DNA of 64,000 bases from Pseudovirgaria hyperparasitica. Lineage: Eukaryota. Positions 1-13,110 of this stretch are shown here, in pieces. The stretch is from assembly GCA_010093815.1 (NCBI GenBank), contig ML996581.1; one strand, given 5' to 3'. How positions within the stretch are numbered: the stretch's first letter is position 1; each line of letters begins with the position of its first letter. The position numbers and the translations under genes are program-made. The notes under the pieces are model-generated. The model did no database searches and was not told where the DNA came from. It saw only the letters and a list, made by a program, of their open reading frames with translations.

Positions 1-630
1 TCAGGTCTCACTCGGGAATTCGACTTGTCACGAGATATCCGTGTACTATTATTATTACGGAAGGATTATACCAGCTATGCTCTGCCAGCAATGAACTTCG
101 CGCAAACAACATTATTGATTTGGTTGATAACACGGCATATAGCTCACCATGTAAGTCATGGATCAACAGTCTAGTCATTCGACGGCTGTCCTTGGATCTA
201 ATATACCACGACGCCTGATGTTCTTGTGCGCGAGACGGAGGCTTTGGCCAAAACCATATCGGAGTCGACAAGAAGCCAACGATTTCTAAACTTGTGTAAA
301 TGCCATCCAGCGAAGGCCGCCAGTTGCCTATGGAGTCTGTTTGATTTGGTTCATACTCGGCTCTTTCCACTTATTTTTCAAGGGGTTCTTGAAGCGTGCG
401 CGACAGACTACGTCCTCGATGAGATCGGACCGGCACTGATGTGGTTGGCGCCCTTTCGTAGAAGCTGCGTCTAATATTTCTCTGTACCCCCTACTCGGCA
501 TTGATTCATGGGTCTTCAGATACGCCACTCCACGCTCACACGCGTTTGACGATGACGCATGTGATATCGAATCAGGAACATGGCAGCATCGGCACCATAC
601 GTTGTTTTTTATGGACCCCAGATGCGAATT

Positions 631-1646
631 TCAAGAGTCGGCTTCTCCTTCCTGACGTTCTGGCTGGATCGGCATCGCTTCCAATCGAGCTTGCTTCTCA
701 CGTCGTTTCTTTTCACGTTTTGAGATCGGATTATCTGTACTTCCAGAATCTGCATCAACTTTTCGCTTGTTGTTCTGCTGCTGTTTCGAACCTTTCGAGA
801 CCAATGGCAAAGTAGTCTGCGGTTTTGGCCTCTCCCCTCCATAAACCACATTCACGGCACCACGATAGCTGTTCCGTTTCAGTTGAGCAAAAGCTACAAG
901 ATTTCTGGACTCAGTAGATAGGGCTTCTTTGCCTCTTTCTTGACTCAAGCCCCAAACAGTGGTAAGGTTTATGACGTCCCACGGAGCCCGACAGCCTAGC
1001 GCATTAGTCGCGCCACTGCTAATGATGATACCTCTGCCTCTTGTCGCGCGTATAAGCTGGATTACATTGCTAATGACGTTCCTTCGTGCAAGACTGTCCT
1101 TCGCAAGGATGCTTGGTCCGTAACAAATCTCAATGCGCGCTCCTCGCTCTATGGCTTGGGATAGCATTTTGAATTTGAAATAGTACGACAGTCGCTGTGT
1201 CATGTCGATCGACACGATATCGCAGTCAGCGCTTTCACAAGCCTGTTTTAGCGTCTTTTCATCCGTAGGCCTAAGGGCAAGGATATCGTAATTGGCACTC
1301 AGTGTGCTTATGCGGTGATTTTGTGAGGGGTCATGTAGCGTGAGTGTACAACGGCGCAAGATACGCATCGATGGTGGTACAGGAAAGTCGGGCGTCTGGG
1401 GTATGGGACAGGTCTAGTTGAGTCAGAAAATGACTGACGCGCGGTGAAGTAGGATACCAACTAGATCACCAGGAAGCTTGCCAGAAAGCGTGTGATTGAG
1501 AGCAACGACATTATATCCTACTTCACATAATTAGAATTTTGGCCCATGATTTTTCAAAGCATCCCCTCACATTCGTCGAGAAAAGCAATTGTACGTTGTA
1601 GCTCGCGGTCCTGTGCGGCCCAGGGTACATTGAGATCGTAGAACAT
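631..1646 (-). CDS. RPP1: Ribonuclease P/MRP subunit p30 (3 exons)
   Basis: ATG at 1646 gives MFYDLNVPW. Two short introns lead into ORF 631-1368 with ILRRCTL, YDILALRP, RIEICY and IIISSGA motifs of RNase_P_p30. Confidence 0.92.
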
Positions 1647-2070
1647 CTTGTGCAGCTCTTATCGTGACTTTGTCACTGTGGCAATACTAATATTGGCATT
1701 TTGGCAAGTGGAATAGAAAAGTGACCCGAACAGTGAAACCACGAGTTGTATATCGTAGCTTTAGGGCGGTGGTTGACATCTACCCGCGCGCCTGCCCGGC
1801 GCCGGTAGCCTGGTAGTTTAGTCATCACTTAGCGCGCAAATCGGTCTGTAGGGGTACCGGCGAAAGCATCCATCCCACTTCACTTCATTGCTGCGTTCTG
1901 TGCTGTCTGGCCCGTAATCCCCAACAGTCTGGCGATTGTGGTCGTCTAAAGTCATATACAGACGAGCATCTCTCTATCGGTAGGTCATCCATCCATCAGA
2001 TATCTAGCGAATGCCACAACTGACACACTGAACAGCATCAACGGCAGCCCTTACGCGGCGATTGCCTAGG

Positions 2071-3268
2071 ATGGCGCGTGTCTATGCGGATGTCAACGCA
2101 AACATGCCGCGGTCCTATTGGGACTACGATAGCGTCAATATCTCATGGGGTGTGCTTGAAAACTACGAAGTCGTGCGCAAGATCGGTATGTTGTCGTCTC
2201 TCACATGCGTCCGACGCGGGGCTGATTCGAGATCACAGGGCGGGGCAAGTACTCGGAGGTCTTCGAAGGCATCAATGTGGTGAACTACCAGAAATGCGTG
2301 ATCAAAGTGTTGAAGCCTGTCAAGAAGAAGAAGATAAAGCGAGAGATCAAGATATTGCAGAATCTCTCTGGTGGACCAAACATAGTCGCACTCCTCGACG
2401 TAGTGCGCGACAATCAAGTCAGCCCTCAATCTCCTTGTATTTCTGTATCGCCTGCATATTGTCATTTTTATCCGCATCAGAGATTTAACGATTGGACCGA
2501 ACAGAGCAAAACGCCGTCCTTGATATTCGAATACGTCAACAACACCGACTTCCGCGCCCTCTACCCCAAATTTGTGGACTATGATGTGCGATATTACATC
2601 TTCGAGCTGCTCAAAGCTTTAGACTACTGTCACTCCAAGGGAATAATGCACAGGGACGTCAAACCACATAACGTCATGATTGATCACGAAAAAAGAAAGC
2701 TGCGCCTGATCGATTGGGGTCTAGCTGAGTTCTACCATGCCGGGACGGAGTACAACGTTCGTGTTGCGTCAAGATATTTCAAGGGCCCGGAGCTATTGGT
2801 TGACTTCCAAGAATACGATTATTCGCTAGATATGTGGTCCTTAGGAGCCATGTTTGCCTCGATGATATTCCGAAAAGAACCATTCTTCCACGGTAACAGC
2901 AACTCTGACCAGCTGGTAAAGATTGCAAAGGTGCTTGGCACAGAGGATCTTTTTGATTATCTTGACAAGTATGATATCGAGCTCGACGCTCAGTATGATG
3001 ATATCCTCGGAAGATTTCCAAAGAAGAGCTGGCATTCGTTCATCAATGCAGACAATCAGAGATTCGTCAGCAATGACGCTATCGACTTTCTAGACAAGCT
3101 CTTAAGATATGATCACCAGGTCTGTACAAACATGTTCTGCTGAGAAGATGATGACTGACCACGTTTCAGGAACGTCTGACTGCCGAGGAAGCAATGGCAC
3201 ACCCGTATTTCAGTCCCGTCAAGCAGAATGCAGCCCAGTCGCAAAACCATACTGTTGCGTCTTCATGA
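2071..3268 (+). CDS. CKA1: Casein kinase II catalytic alpha subunit (4 coding exons; probable 5' UTR intron ~1980-2035)
   Basis: MARVYADVN...[34 protein letters not shown]. The last exon (from 3170) [14 protein letters not shown] ends at TGA 3266-3268. Confidence 0.97.
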
Positions 3269-3643
3269 ATTTGATTCACATCATTACCGCAACTATTGTC
3301 GAGACGTCACAAGTTGCAGTCAGGCCGACGAAATTTAGTGCTTTTTGCCACGGTATCGCCAATAGCGGTCAGCCTGGAAGCGCTCGAACGTGTGGTGGAC
3401 GTCCTGACAGCATTCACATTGATTGCCTGTGGAATACGGGCACATTATATTTGGGCGAAGAGGAATCATTAGCGATCTCATCAATGGGAATAGCCGCGTT
3501 TGTGATCGCATTGGACTACGACAGCTTGTCATGGATAGACGATCTTCAACCTGTACATTGTACATAGTAATACCCACCGTCCAATAGACGGACCATCGGA
3601 AAGCCCACTCGCAGCTCTTGCTCTCTCTGCTTGTTTGCTGAGA

Positions 3644-3843
3644 ATGACTGATACCACGTGAAATGACTCTTCTAGTTTATGACTGACTAGAACGACAATG
3701 AATGACTCTTTTAGTTCATGACTGTAACCATCTAGATGTGAAGGCAGTTTCTGCTATGTATGACCCTTGGACTGCCGACCGGGAGGGCTCCAGTCGTACT
3801 AGCGTGCTTATGTAAGGGCAAAGCTCTCGGTCTGAGTGACTCA
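3644..3843 (+). promoter_or_regulatory. Cluster of Gcn4/CpcA/Cpc-1-type TGACTC elements upstream of ValRS, including a 24-bp direct repeat
   Basis: ATGACTCT at 3663 and 3702, TGACTCA at 3837, ATGACTGAT at 3644. The repeat AATGACTCTTYTAGTTYATGACTG occurs at 3662 and 3701. Confidence 0.7.
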
Positions 3844-3894
3844 ATTGGCGGGGGTTATGTTAGTTATAAGCAGAGAGCTCCTCTATATATTTTA

Positions 3895-6800
3895 ATGATT
3901 TCGCGCCTGCTATTTGCGCGTACATTAAGAACTCCACGGTCATCAATCTATTTTGGCAGGATGGCGCTCAATGCTGGTTCTCACAACATAGGTTAGCATA
4001 TATGTGTGGTCGAATTCGCCCTATTAACTTCTAAATAGCGGGCGAGGAGACTGGCCCTGTAACTGGGCAACCCCCGCCACTCTCGAATGAAACGAAAAGT
4101 GAGATACTTCACTCTTCAACGCAAGATGCTACCGGCCAGAATGCCCCAGGTCGCGACGGTGGAGATGCAAACGCCGAGAAGAAAGTAAAGTCTGCGAAAG
4201 AGCTAGAAAAAGAACGCAAGAAAGCGGAGAAGGATGCGAAGTTTAGAGAGAAGCAGAAGAAACAACAAGAGCAGGCTACTGCAAGCTCAAAAGCGAAGAA
4301 GAAGTCTGACACAAAGAAGGAGGCCTTACCAGAATACGTAGAAGAGACTCCCAAGGGTCAGAAGAAAATTTTGAAGCCTCTAGATGACGAATGGCACAAG
4401 GCATATCACCCCAAAGTTGTTGAGTCTGCATGGTACGACTGGTGGGAGGCAGAAGGCTTCTTCAAGCCGCAGTTCACACCAGAAGGGGACGTCAAGCCCG
4501 CAGGTCACTTCGTGATTCCCATACCACCTCCCAACGTTACGGGAGCATTGCATTGCGGACACGCTCTCGCTACTGCGCTCCAAGACACCCTTATACGATG
4601 GCATCGGATGAAGGGGTTCACCGTCCTGTACCTTCCGGGATGCGATCATGCTGGTATATCAACACAGTCCGTGGTGGAAAAGATGCTTTGGAGACGGGAG
4701 AAGAAAACACGTCATGATCTGGGCCGACAGGAGTTCACAAAAGTCGTATGGGATTGGAAAGATGAGTATCATCAGAAGCTCGTGGCTGTATTGAAGCGAC
4801 TTGGTGGATCGATGGACTGGTCAAGGGAGGCCTTCACTATGGACGCCAATCTTTCAAAGGCAGTTACAGAGACATTCGTCAGATTACACGAAGAGGGATA
4901 TATCTATCGGTCCAACCGCCTGGTGAGCTGGTGTACTCAACTTAATACGGCCCTTAGCAACATTGAAGTTCAAAACAAAGAGATCACGGGACGCACCAAG
5001 ATCTCCGTGCCCGGGTACGACAAGATGATTGAATTTGGAGTGCTCACATATTTCAAATATCCAATCGAAGGTGAAGAGGCCATTACTGTGGCCACGACCC
5101 GGCCCGAAACCATGCTTGGAGACTCCGGTATTGCCGTGCATCCGGACGACGAGCGTTATAAACACTTAATTGGAAAGAAAGCAAAACATCCATTCGTAGA
5201 CCGAGAGCTGCCAATCGTAGCAGACACTTATGTTGAGAAGGATTTCGGTACCGGCGCGGTAAAGCTGACCCCAGCACATGACCAGAACGATTTCGAGCTT
5301 GGTAAACGCCATAATCTCGCTTTTATCAACATTCTTAACGACGATGGTACTCTTAATCAGAATGGTGGCAAATTTGCGGGACAAAAGCGTTTCGATGTAC
5401 GCTATACTGTCGTCAAAGAACTAACAGACCTTGGCCTGTTCGTAAAACAAGAGGACAACCCAATGAAGATTCCCCTCTGTGAGAAATCGAAAGATGTTAT
5501 TGAGCCATTGATCAAGCCGCAATGGTGGATGAAAATGGGAGAACTTGCGGAGGAGGCTGTCAAGGTGGTGAAGGCCGGTGAGATCAAGATTCGACCTCAA
5601 AAATCAGAAGACGAATACTACCGCTGGATGAGCAAGGTCAATGACTGGTGTCTCTCGCGTCAATTGTGGTGGGGCCATCAAGCACCTGCATATTTTGTAA
5701 AGATTGACGGCCACGATCTACAGAAGGACAATGCAGATGGTGAATATTGGGTCACAGGCCGCACAGAAGAAGATGCCCAACAAAAGGCTACGAAGAAGTT
5801 TCCAGGACAGAAATTCAGTCTCGAAAGGGACCCCGACGTCTTGGACACATGGTTCTCATCTGGACTATGGCCATTTTCAACATTAGGCTGGCCTGACAAG
5901 ACCCACGACTTTGAAAAACTTTTCCCTACTTCTGTTCTAGAGACAGGTTGGGACATCCTGTTCTTCTGGGTCGTCCGCATGATATTCCTTTCTCTAAAGC
6001 TTACCGGAAAAGTGCCTTTTAGCGAGGTATATTGTCATTCACTTATCCGCGACTCAGATGGCCGTAAGATGTCTAAATCTCTGGGTAATGTCATAGATCC
6101 GATCGATATTCTAGAGGGAATCACACTACCGGACCTCCATGCCAAGTTGCACGTTGGCAATCTAGACCCGAAGGAGGTGAAGAACGCCGAGAGATACCAG
6201 AAGGCTGCTTTTCCTCAGGGCATGCCTGAGTGTGGTGCTGACGCGCTTCGATTCTCACTGATTCAATATACTACTGGTGGTGGTGATATTGCTTTCGATA
6301 TCAAAGTAATGCATGCGCACCGTAGATTCTGTAACAAGGTATACCAAGCAACGAAATATGTATTGGGGTCACTTGGCGCAGGTTACCAGCCGCAGAAGTC
6401 TAGCGCCTTGTCTGGAAATGAGTCTATGGGTGAAAAGTGGATTTTACATAAGCTCAGCATTGCTTCAAAGGACATCGATAAAGCGTTGACCAATCGCGAA
6501 TTCTCCAGAGCGACAATCATCGCTCACAAGTATTTCTATGATAACTTGTGCGATATCTTCATCGTAAGTATTAGCTCTCTTATTGACGTAGGGCAGCCAG
6601 CTGACAGATTAGGAAATCTCAAAACCTGCTTTGAAGGAGGGCTCTTCCGAAGAGCAGGCATCGACAAAAGCAACACTATACACGGCACTAGAAGGTGGAT
6701 TGACGATGCTGCACCCATTCATACCGTTCGTAACAGAGGAACTTTGGTGAGTAGATCTAGTCTTCGAGTAGTGCATTTGGAATTAACAAGTCAGGCAACG

Positions 6801-7423
6801 TCTTCCCCGTCGCCCAGACGATTCAACACCTTCGATTTGTCTTGCAGCATACCCACAATACGTTTCAGAGTTCGATGATTCTGTGTCGGAGGCCCGCTTC
6901 CAACTGGCCTTGGATGTCAAGCTTGGAATCACGAACCTCATCAATGATTTCAAGCCGGAGAACGCCAAGAGTACGTGGCTTATACTATTTGTTTGGGACC
7001 ACACTAACACTCGTCTCAGTCCTGATCCAGGCATTCGACCAGGATTCTGAACAGATTCTTGCAGCAGGTCTCTCCGAAATCAAGCGTTTGTCGCAGTATC
7101 TCAAGACCTCGTCCATCGAGATCTTGCCATCTTCGCAGCCGATGCCCAAAGGATACGGTGTAACAGTCGTGTCGCCAACTGTAGCTGTCTACGCAGAAAT
7201 ACAAGATCTCGACATCGAGTCACAGGTAAAGAACGCAACAGAGGCCATGAGCAAGGCTACCGACGGCGTCAAGGAACAGCGCAAAGTCTTGGACGAGCCC
7301 GAGTTCGCGGAGAAGTCAAGTAAAGACGCGCAAATCCTTGAGCAGAAGAAGTACGATGATTTCCTCGCGGAACAGAAAACTTGGGAGCATATCATTGAAC
7401 AGTTTCACACAATGAAGCTATAA
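3895..7423 (+). CDS. VAS1: Valyl-tRNA synthetase (upstream ATG 3895, downstream ATG 3961; introns ~3992-4038, 6564-6611, 6747-6794, 6971-7019)
   Basis: [13 protein letters not shown] (HIGH), [47 protein letters not shown]. Confidence 0.97.
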
Positions 7424-8299
7424 AAGTAAAAAGGGGTATCAAGTATTTGTGGGATTACTAACGTGCTGCATGCTAAATGATCGAATATGATTGGGTGTGA
7501 TGATGATGGATAGCTTGTGTGGCACGCATCTTCGCTTGAAATAGATAGCTGTTATGTCCCTATAAATGCTGCAATCAAGTTTCCGTTATACGTCTCGGAC
7601 TCCCTATTGTCGCATTTGCATCGCCATCAACACACAACGACGGAACACAAGTAGTGAGTGTTTATGGAACGGCACGGTATGCATGCCCTCAAAGCCAACG
7701 GGATACGATAGCCGCAATACTACCCCCAGAGAAGAAATTCGCTTGCAATCACCTCGGGCATGGCGGGTGGAGATAGTGAATGATCCATTGGAAGGATGCA
7801 CACCATGGCTTGGCTTGGCTAACATGACGTAACACCACAGCTATCACTGTCCCGGTTTCGACTATAGGTACTCGAGCGCATCCAGGAGCTTCGTGTCTCA
7901 TAGAAGACATAGGCTCTCATAGGCTCTTCTGTGCAGACATTCTCTCTCATCAGCACGCCAACAAGAAGTAATCTCAGCGACCTCCCGTTCACAGTATTTA
8001 GGAGTTTCCCGCGCTCAAAACCCTGGTAAGCCTTGCGAGACCCACTCAGGCCCAACGGAGATAAGCAGATAGCTACAAGTATGCTGAACCGTGCTGTCTT
8101 CTGCATCATGTGTGTCAAAGAAGTCGTTTTCTTCTCTCATATATTCTCCTAGAGAGATTGTTCTTCTAAGCATCGTAGCAATTGAGGCTGATTTTGCAGC
8201 AGGGTAGGCTAGTTCGCGAGGCTACTATCATCGTGAGTCCGAAGAGAGCTCCCAGCTCGGAGGAACGAATTGCTCACGCTGAGTACCATAGGAATCATC

Positions 8300-9662
8300 A
8301 TGCCGCTTTCATTGCCTACCTTCAGTTCTCTCCAGAATGTCTACTCGAGAGCATCTCCCCTCACACAAAATACAACAACAGCGATGCCACCCCAAAGGAC
8401 TCCGTACCAAGCGCGACAAGAGCTCTACGGCGCTCTAAGCGTTGCCGACGATGCCAAAGCCAAAGCAACGCAGGCTTCTGATATCGCCCAGCAGAAAGTC
8501 GAGAAAGCTAGTAGTGCTGCACAGGCCAAGGTTGGAAAGATTGAGATGTACAGTTCTAAGTTCTATGCCACATGCACACTGGGTGGTCTCATGGCTTGTG
8601 TATGCTCTTGCGTGTGGTTTATGTTGAGGCAAGCTAATATGCCATAGGGTCTTACACATGCGGCAGTCACACCACTGGATTTGGTGAAATGTCGTCGTCA
8701 AGTAGATTCTAAGATGTACAAAGGTAACTTTGAGGCTTGGGGCAAGATCTCGCGTGCTGAGGGTGTACGGGGTATCTTCACTGGTGCCGGGCCTACTCTT
8801 GTTGGATACTCGGTAAGAAGGGACCATCTCAAGCCAGTCTCGGCATGAGCTGATTCGATATAGTTCCAAGGTGCCTTCAAGTATGGAGGATACGAGTTCT
8901 TCAAGAAGTACTACTCCGATCTGGTCGGCGAGGAGAATGCAGTCAAATACAAGAGCGCAGTCTACCTTGCTGGCAGTGCCTCTGCCGAGTTCTTCGCCGA
9001 CATCGCTCTATGTCCATTCGAGGCCGTAAAGGTCCGCATGCAAACCACCATTCCACCATTTGCGAACGGCACTATACCTGGTCTGACCAAGATCATCAGC
9101 GAGGAGGGTGTCGGGGGATTGTACAAGGGCATTACGCCTCTCTGGGGCAGACAGATTCCATACACCATGATGAAGTTCTTTTCATTTGAGAAGACTGTTG
9201 AAGCAATTTATGACTACTTGCCGGGGAGTAAGAACGACTACAGTGGAGCGGCGCAAACGGGTGTGTCGTTCCTTGGGGGCTACATTGCTGGTATTGCGTG
9301 TGCGATTGTCAGTCACCCGGCAGACGTGATGGTGTCGAAGTTGAATGCGGACCGCAAGGCAGGCGAGGGTTTCGGCGCTGCTGTGGGACGCATCTACAAG
9401 AATATCGGCTTTGGCGGCCTGTGGAACGGTCTGCCCGTCCGTATCGTGAGTCTACACAGCACAGCTGCTCAACTGGAAGGCCACTACTAAAAACCGACCT
9501 AGGTCATGATTGGAACTTTGACTGGAGCGCAGTGGCTTCTCTACGATTCGTTCAAGGTAAGCCACTCTGATCCGTTGGCGTGTGAATGTAGGCTAACACT
9601 GCGGACAGATGTTTATGGGTTTACCAACGACTGGAGGTGCACAGGAACAAGAGAAGAAATGA
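8300..9662 (+). CDS. PIC2: Mitochondrial phosphate carrier (Pic2-type, SLC25A3 family), 5 coding exons
   Basis: [82 protein letters not shown] at 9660-9662. Confidence 0.92.
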
Positions 9663-10488
9663 GATATGCATGTCCGGAAAGGACTTTACGCAGAGATGTC
9701 TTGCTTGTGTCGTATTGTAGAATAGATGCCATTCCCGTACTTGAGGATGGTCGTCAACCATATCATTCCCTTTTCCTACTTTAAGCCGGAACATTCCCAG
9801 GATTCTATCGCTCTATCGTACACTCACAACCATACACACATCCGCAACACGAACAGTAAGCATCCACGAATAAGCCAATCTATTCCAAGTGGGCCCTAAG
9901 CCATTGGTTCCCGCCGCCGCTCGCGTGGGTTGGTAGCCATGTCCCCGTATCTCTCAGCCACACATGTTAGTAGTAGGCATGGCTACGGGCAAAAGTGTGT
10001 CAGACGAATTAGAGTGGAGTGGCTTATCTCGGCCACTTTTCGTGATAAAGTTCTTTTCGAGTACAGATGATTATGTTATGATACAGTTTTATCTGAAAAA
10101 TGTGAGAGTTGTCTTGGGGAATGTATATGTTATTGTGTGAGGGGATCCATGTGTTGAATGGTTATTTGAGTACTAGGTTGTACATGCTGCTTTGTTACGT
10201 CATTTGAACCACTTCTCTAGACAGGGGATAAATTGCGATTTGCGAGTACGGTTGCATCCCTCTCATGGGATATACGAACTGTCAACCAACTGTGTGTTGC
10301 GCCGCCACAGTCGCCGCCGGCCTGTGATTAGGTATCATCCCACGTGAACCCTTGCGTCATTTACTGTCTGTTTATTTATTCCTCTGGCCCTGCACGTCTG
10401 CGCTGGTGACCGGGATAGAGCTGCAAACACTTACTGCCACGCCTTTGAGCCTCTTGTCTGCTGCAGCAAAAGAAAGAAAATAAACATT

Positions 10489-11194
10489 ATGCCGACTGAC
10501 CCTCTTGTATCGACCGGCCGTGGCGGAGGTGCGTTTTGTGCTCGTGCTAAGAGGCGTCTAGCTGATGCTAATGGTGGGAATATAGCTGGCAATATCGGGA
10601 AGTCGGATGGCACAGAGTACGCAGATGGTTCGATTGTCCGCGAGAACATCAGCGATACTATTACCGAGCCTCATTCTGGCGGCGTATGTGGTTCTTCCCT
10701 TGAGTATTTGTACAATCCTAACGCTGCACAGAGAGGCGGCTTCGGAAACATACACGTAGGCAGATATCCCACCCACGACGAGAGCGACATATACATACAC
10801 TAGACGCTGACAATGCAAAGACCCCGACCAAAGGCACGCCCAAGCTAGGCGCAACACAGCGAGATGACGCGGAGATAGTGCCGGAGACAGCACTCAAGCA
10901 CGGAGAATACGAAAACTATCATACGGGGGTGAGTTCTCCGGACTACACAGCTTCAGAATCATGTATTAATGCAGACTTCAGCGTGGTGGAGAAGGTATAG
11001 ACCATACATCCGACGAGCTCGAGTGACTCTCCCAGAATGCTGATTGTGCGATAGGCAACGTACACAAGGAGAAATACGGCGGACATAGTCAGGCTCAGAA
11101 GGAGCACAAGACGACGGAGGAGGGCAAGTCGAGCATTGCGGACAAGGTCAAGCACGCGCTGCACTTGGACAAGGACAAGAAGTCTGGAGCATGA
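10489..11194 (+). CDS. Small GRGGxGN-repeat protein (DUF3602 / Par32-like motif), 140 aa, 6 exons
   Basis: Exons 10489-10528, 10586-10683, 10732-10755, 10821-10928, 10982-10994 and 11055-11194 splice to an open frame with STGRGGAGNI, SGGRGGFGNI and HTGRGGEGNV. Confidence 0.85.
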
Positions 11195-11660
11195 GTGTGC
11201 GGGTGTAGTTTGTTGATACTGTCATCTGGAAGGGAGTATTCATTTGCGGACTGTCATTAGGGAGATACCAGGACGGGATAATAGGATGCGTGTTGTTGAT
11301 TTCCATACTTGACACCGTGCTTCACGAGAGATGCTTCAAGGACGGGGTGCAGAGACCCGGATTACGGAACAGTGGTTTCATGAGAGTATGTGTTATGAGG
11401 AAAAAGAGGATGGCGATGTGGATGTATGTGTTGATGTGTTGATACACCCCGCCATCAATGATCCATCAATCATCAGTCCACACTCGCGCACGGTCCTCAC
11501 TTGCTCCTCAGTGGAGGCATGACGGAATTGCCAAGCAGTCCCAATCCGGTAAGGCCGGCAATGAGGCATCAAAAGTTTACAATTCTCTGGACAAATTCAT
11601 AACCACTCCAGACACAACCTCTTTGTTCCTTTTTCTTTTTGGTCCTCTACACAATCCACC

Positions 11661-12662
11661 ATGGCATCTGCTGAGCAATCGCGCATCGAGAATGACCATC
11701 TCGTTCTCTCCAGCGACCCCGACCACCCCGCAAACCTGATCTGTACCCTATGCGCCAAATTCTACACACTCGGCTGGGTGAGCAATTATACCGGCGCAAC
11801 GGCAAGAAACTCATAGTAGACACCAGGTGACTGGCACCGGCGGCGGCTGCAGCATCCGACACAACCAGCACATCTTCGTCGCGCCCTCAGGCGTCCAGAA
11901 GGAGCTCCTCAAGCCCACCGACATGTTCGTCATGGACGCCAACACAAACACATACCTTCGCACCCCGCAAGTACGCTGGTCCAACTACGACATCCCCTAT
12001 GCAATTGTCCGTCCCACGCCTCCCTCTCGCCCACGTTACTGATATGTACCCCGCCTCTGTGGCGGGAAAACTAGGCCCTGAAACCGTCGCAATGCACGCC
12101 GTTGTTCCTGGCAGCGTTCAACCGCGGGGCCGGATGTACAATCCACTCACATTCGCAGTGGGCGGTGCTGGTGACGCTGATTGTGGAGCGGGAGTTTGGG
12201 AAAGAGGCGTGTTTTGAGATTGAAGAGATTGAGCAGATCAAGGGCGTGCCCAAGGGCCGGGGCAAGCAGGGGAACTTGGGATATTTCGATCGCCTGAGGA
12301 TTCCGATCATCGAAAATACCGCGCAGTATGTTCGAGAGATACATGATAAGGGATGAGGGGAAGAGTGGAGAGATGTGGCTGCTGACCAGTGTGTGCACAG
12401 GGAGGAGGATCTCACGGGTGCGCTGGAGGAGGCCATGGACGCCTATCCAGACACGTACGCGGTCTTGGTTAGGAGGCACGGAATGTGAGAAGCTCCCTTT
12501 GCTTTGCGGAGACTCGATCTGAACACCGTTTGACTGAAATAAATAAACAGCTACGTATGGGGCGACAACGTCCACAAAGCGAAGACTCTCTGCGAAAGCC
12601 TCGACTACCTCTTCCAGCTCGCGGTGGAGATGAAGAAGATGGGCCTGCCCTGGATAAAGTAA
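11661..12662 (+). CDS. MDE1: Methylthioribulose-1-phosphate dehydratase (methionine salvage, MtnB), 5 exons
   Basis: [73 protein letters not shown]. Confidence 0.94.
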
Positions 12663-13090
12663 GCGTTTTCTATTAGCACACTCGCACTCAACTGCGAGTG
12701 TGCCGTTTGGTTCCATTGGCTCCGCGGTCTCATTGAATGTTTCTCCAGGCTGGGCCTTTTTGACAAGCTGATCTATGCCATCCGGAATGACTAGGCGAGT
12801 GGCGTATGGAGGGAGAGGTTTGTTTGCACCGGGTGCATTGCTTGTGACTTGGGTTGATATGGACGGTGCGAGAGAAAGAGTTGTTTTGAGTCCTGCATAT
12901 TCAGCGCTGCATACCGACCTGCTGCGTTCAACACACGAGCGTTATCCATTAGTTTTGGGAACGGCGCAAAGTCTTGCTTGCTCGCTATATATGTGCCATG
13001 TGTGTTGAAATCACCACTCGGAGTGTCCAGGACCCGTGAGAAGAACATGGATCTATACCATCATCCACTTTCATATCCACAGAACGCAGC

Positions 13091-13110
13091 AATCACGCCC
13101 ACTCTCTCTC
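13091..13110. repeat. (CT)n microsatellite
   Basis: Short ctctctct run; end points approximate. Confidence 0.6.

Noticed and set aside
1..630. Short ORFs at the window start (8-370 minus, 226-474 plus, 328-528 minus)
   Set aside because: No recognisable motifs or convincing splice structure.
7412..7423. ValRS ends in -MKL, resembling PTS1
   Set aside because: Met at -3 is not a canonical PTS1 residue and there is no supporting basic context.
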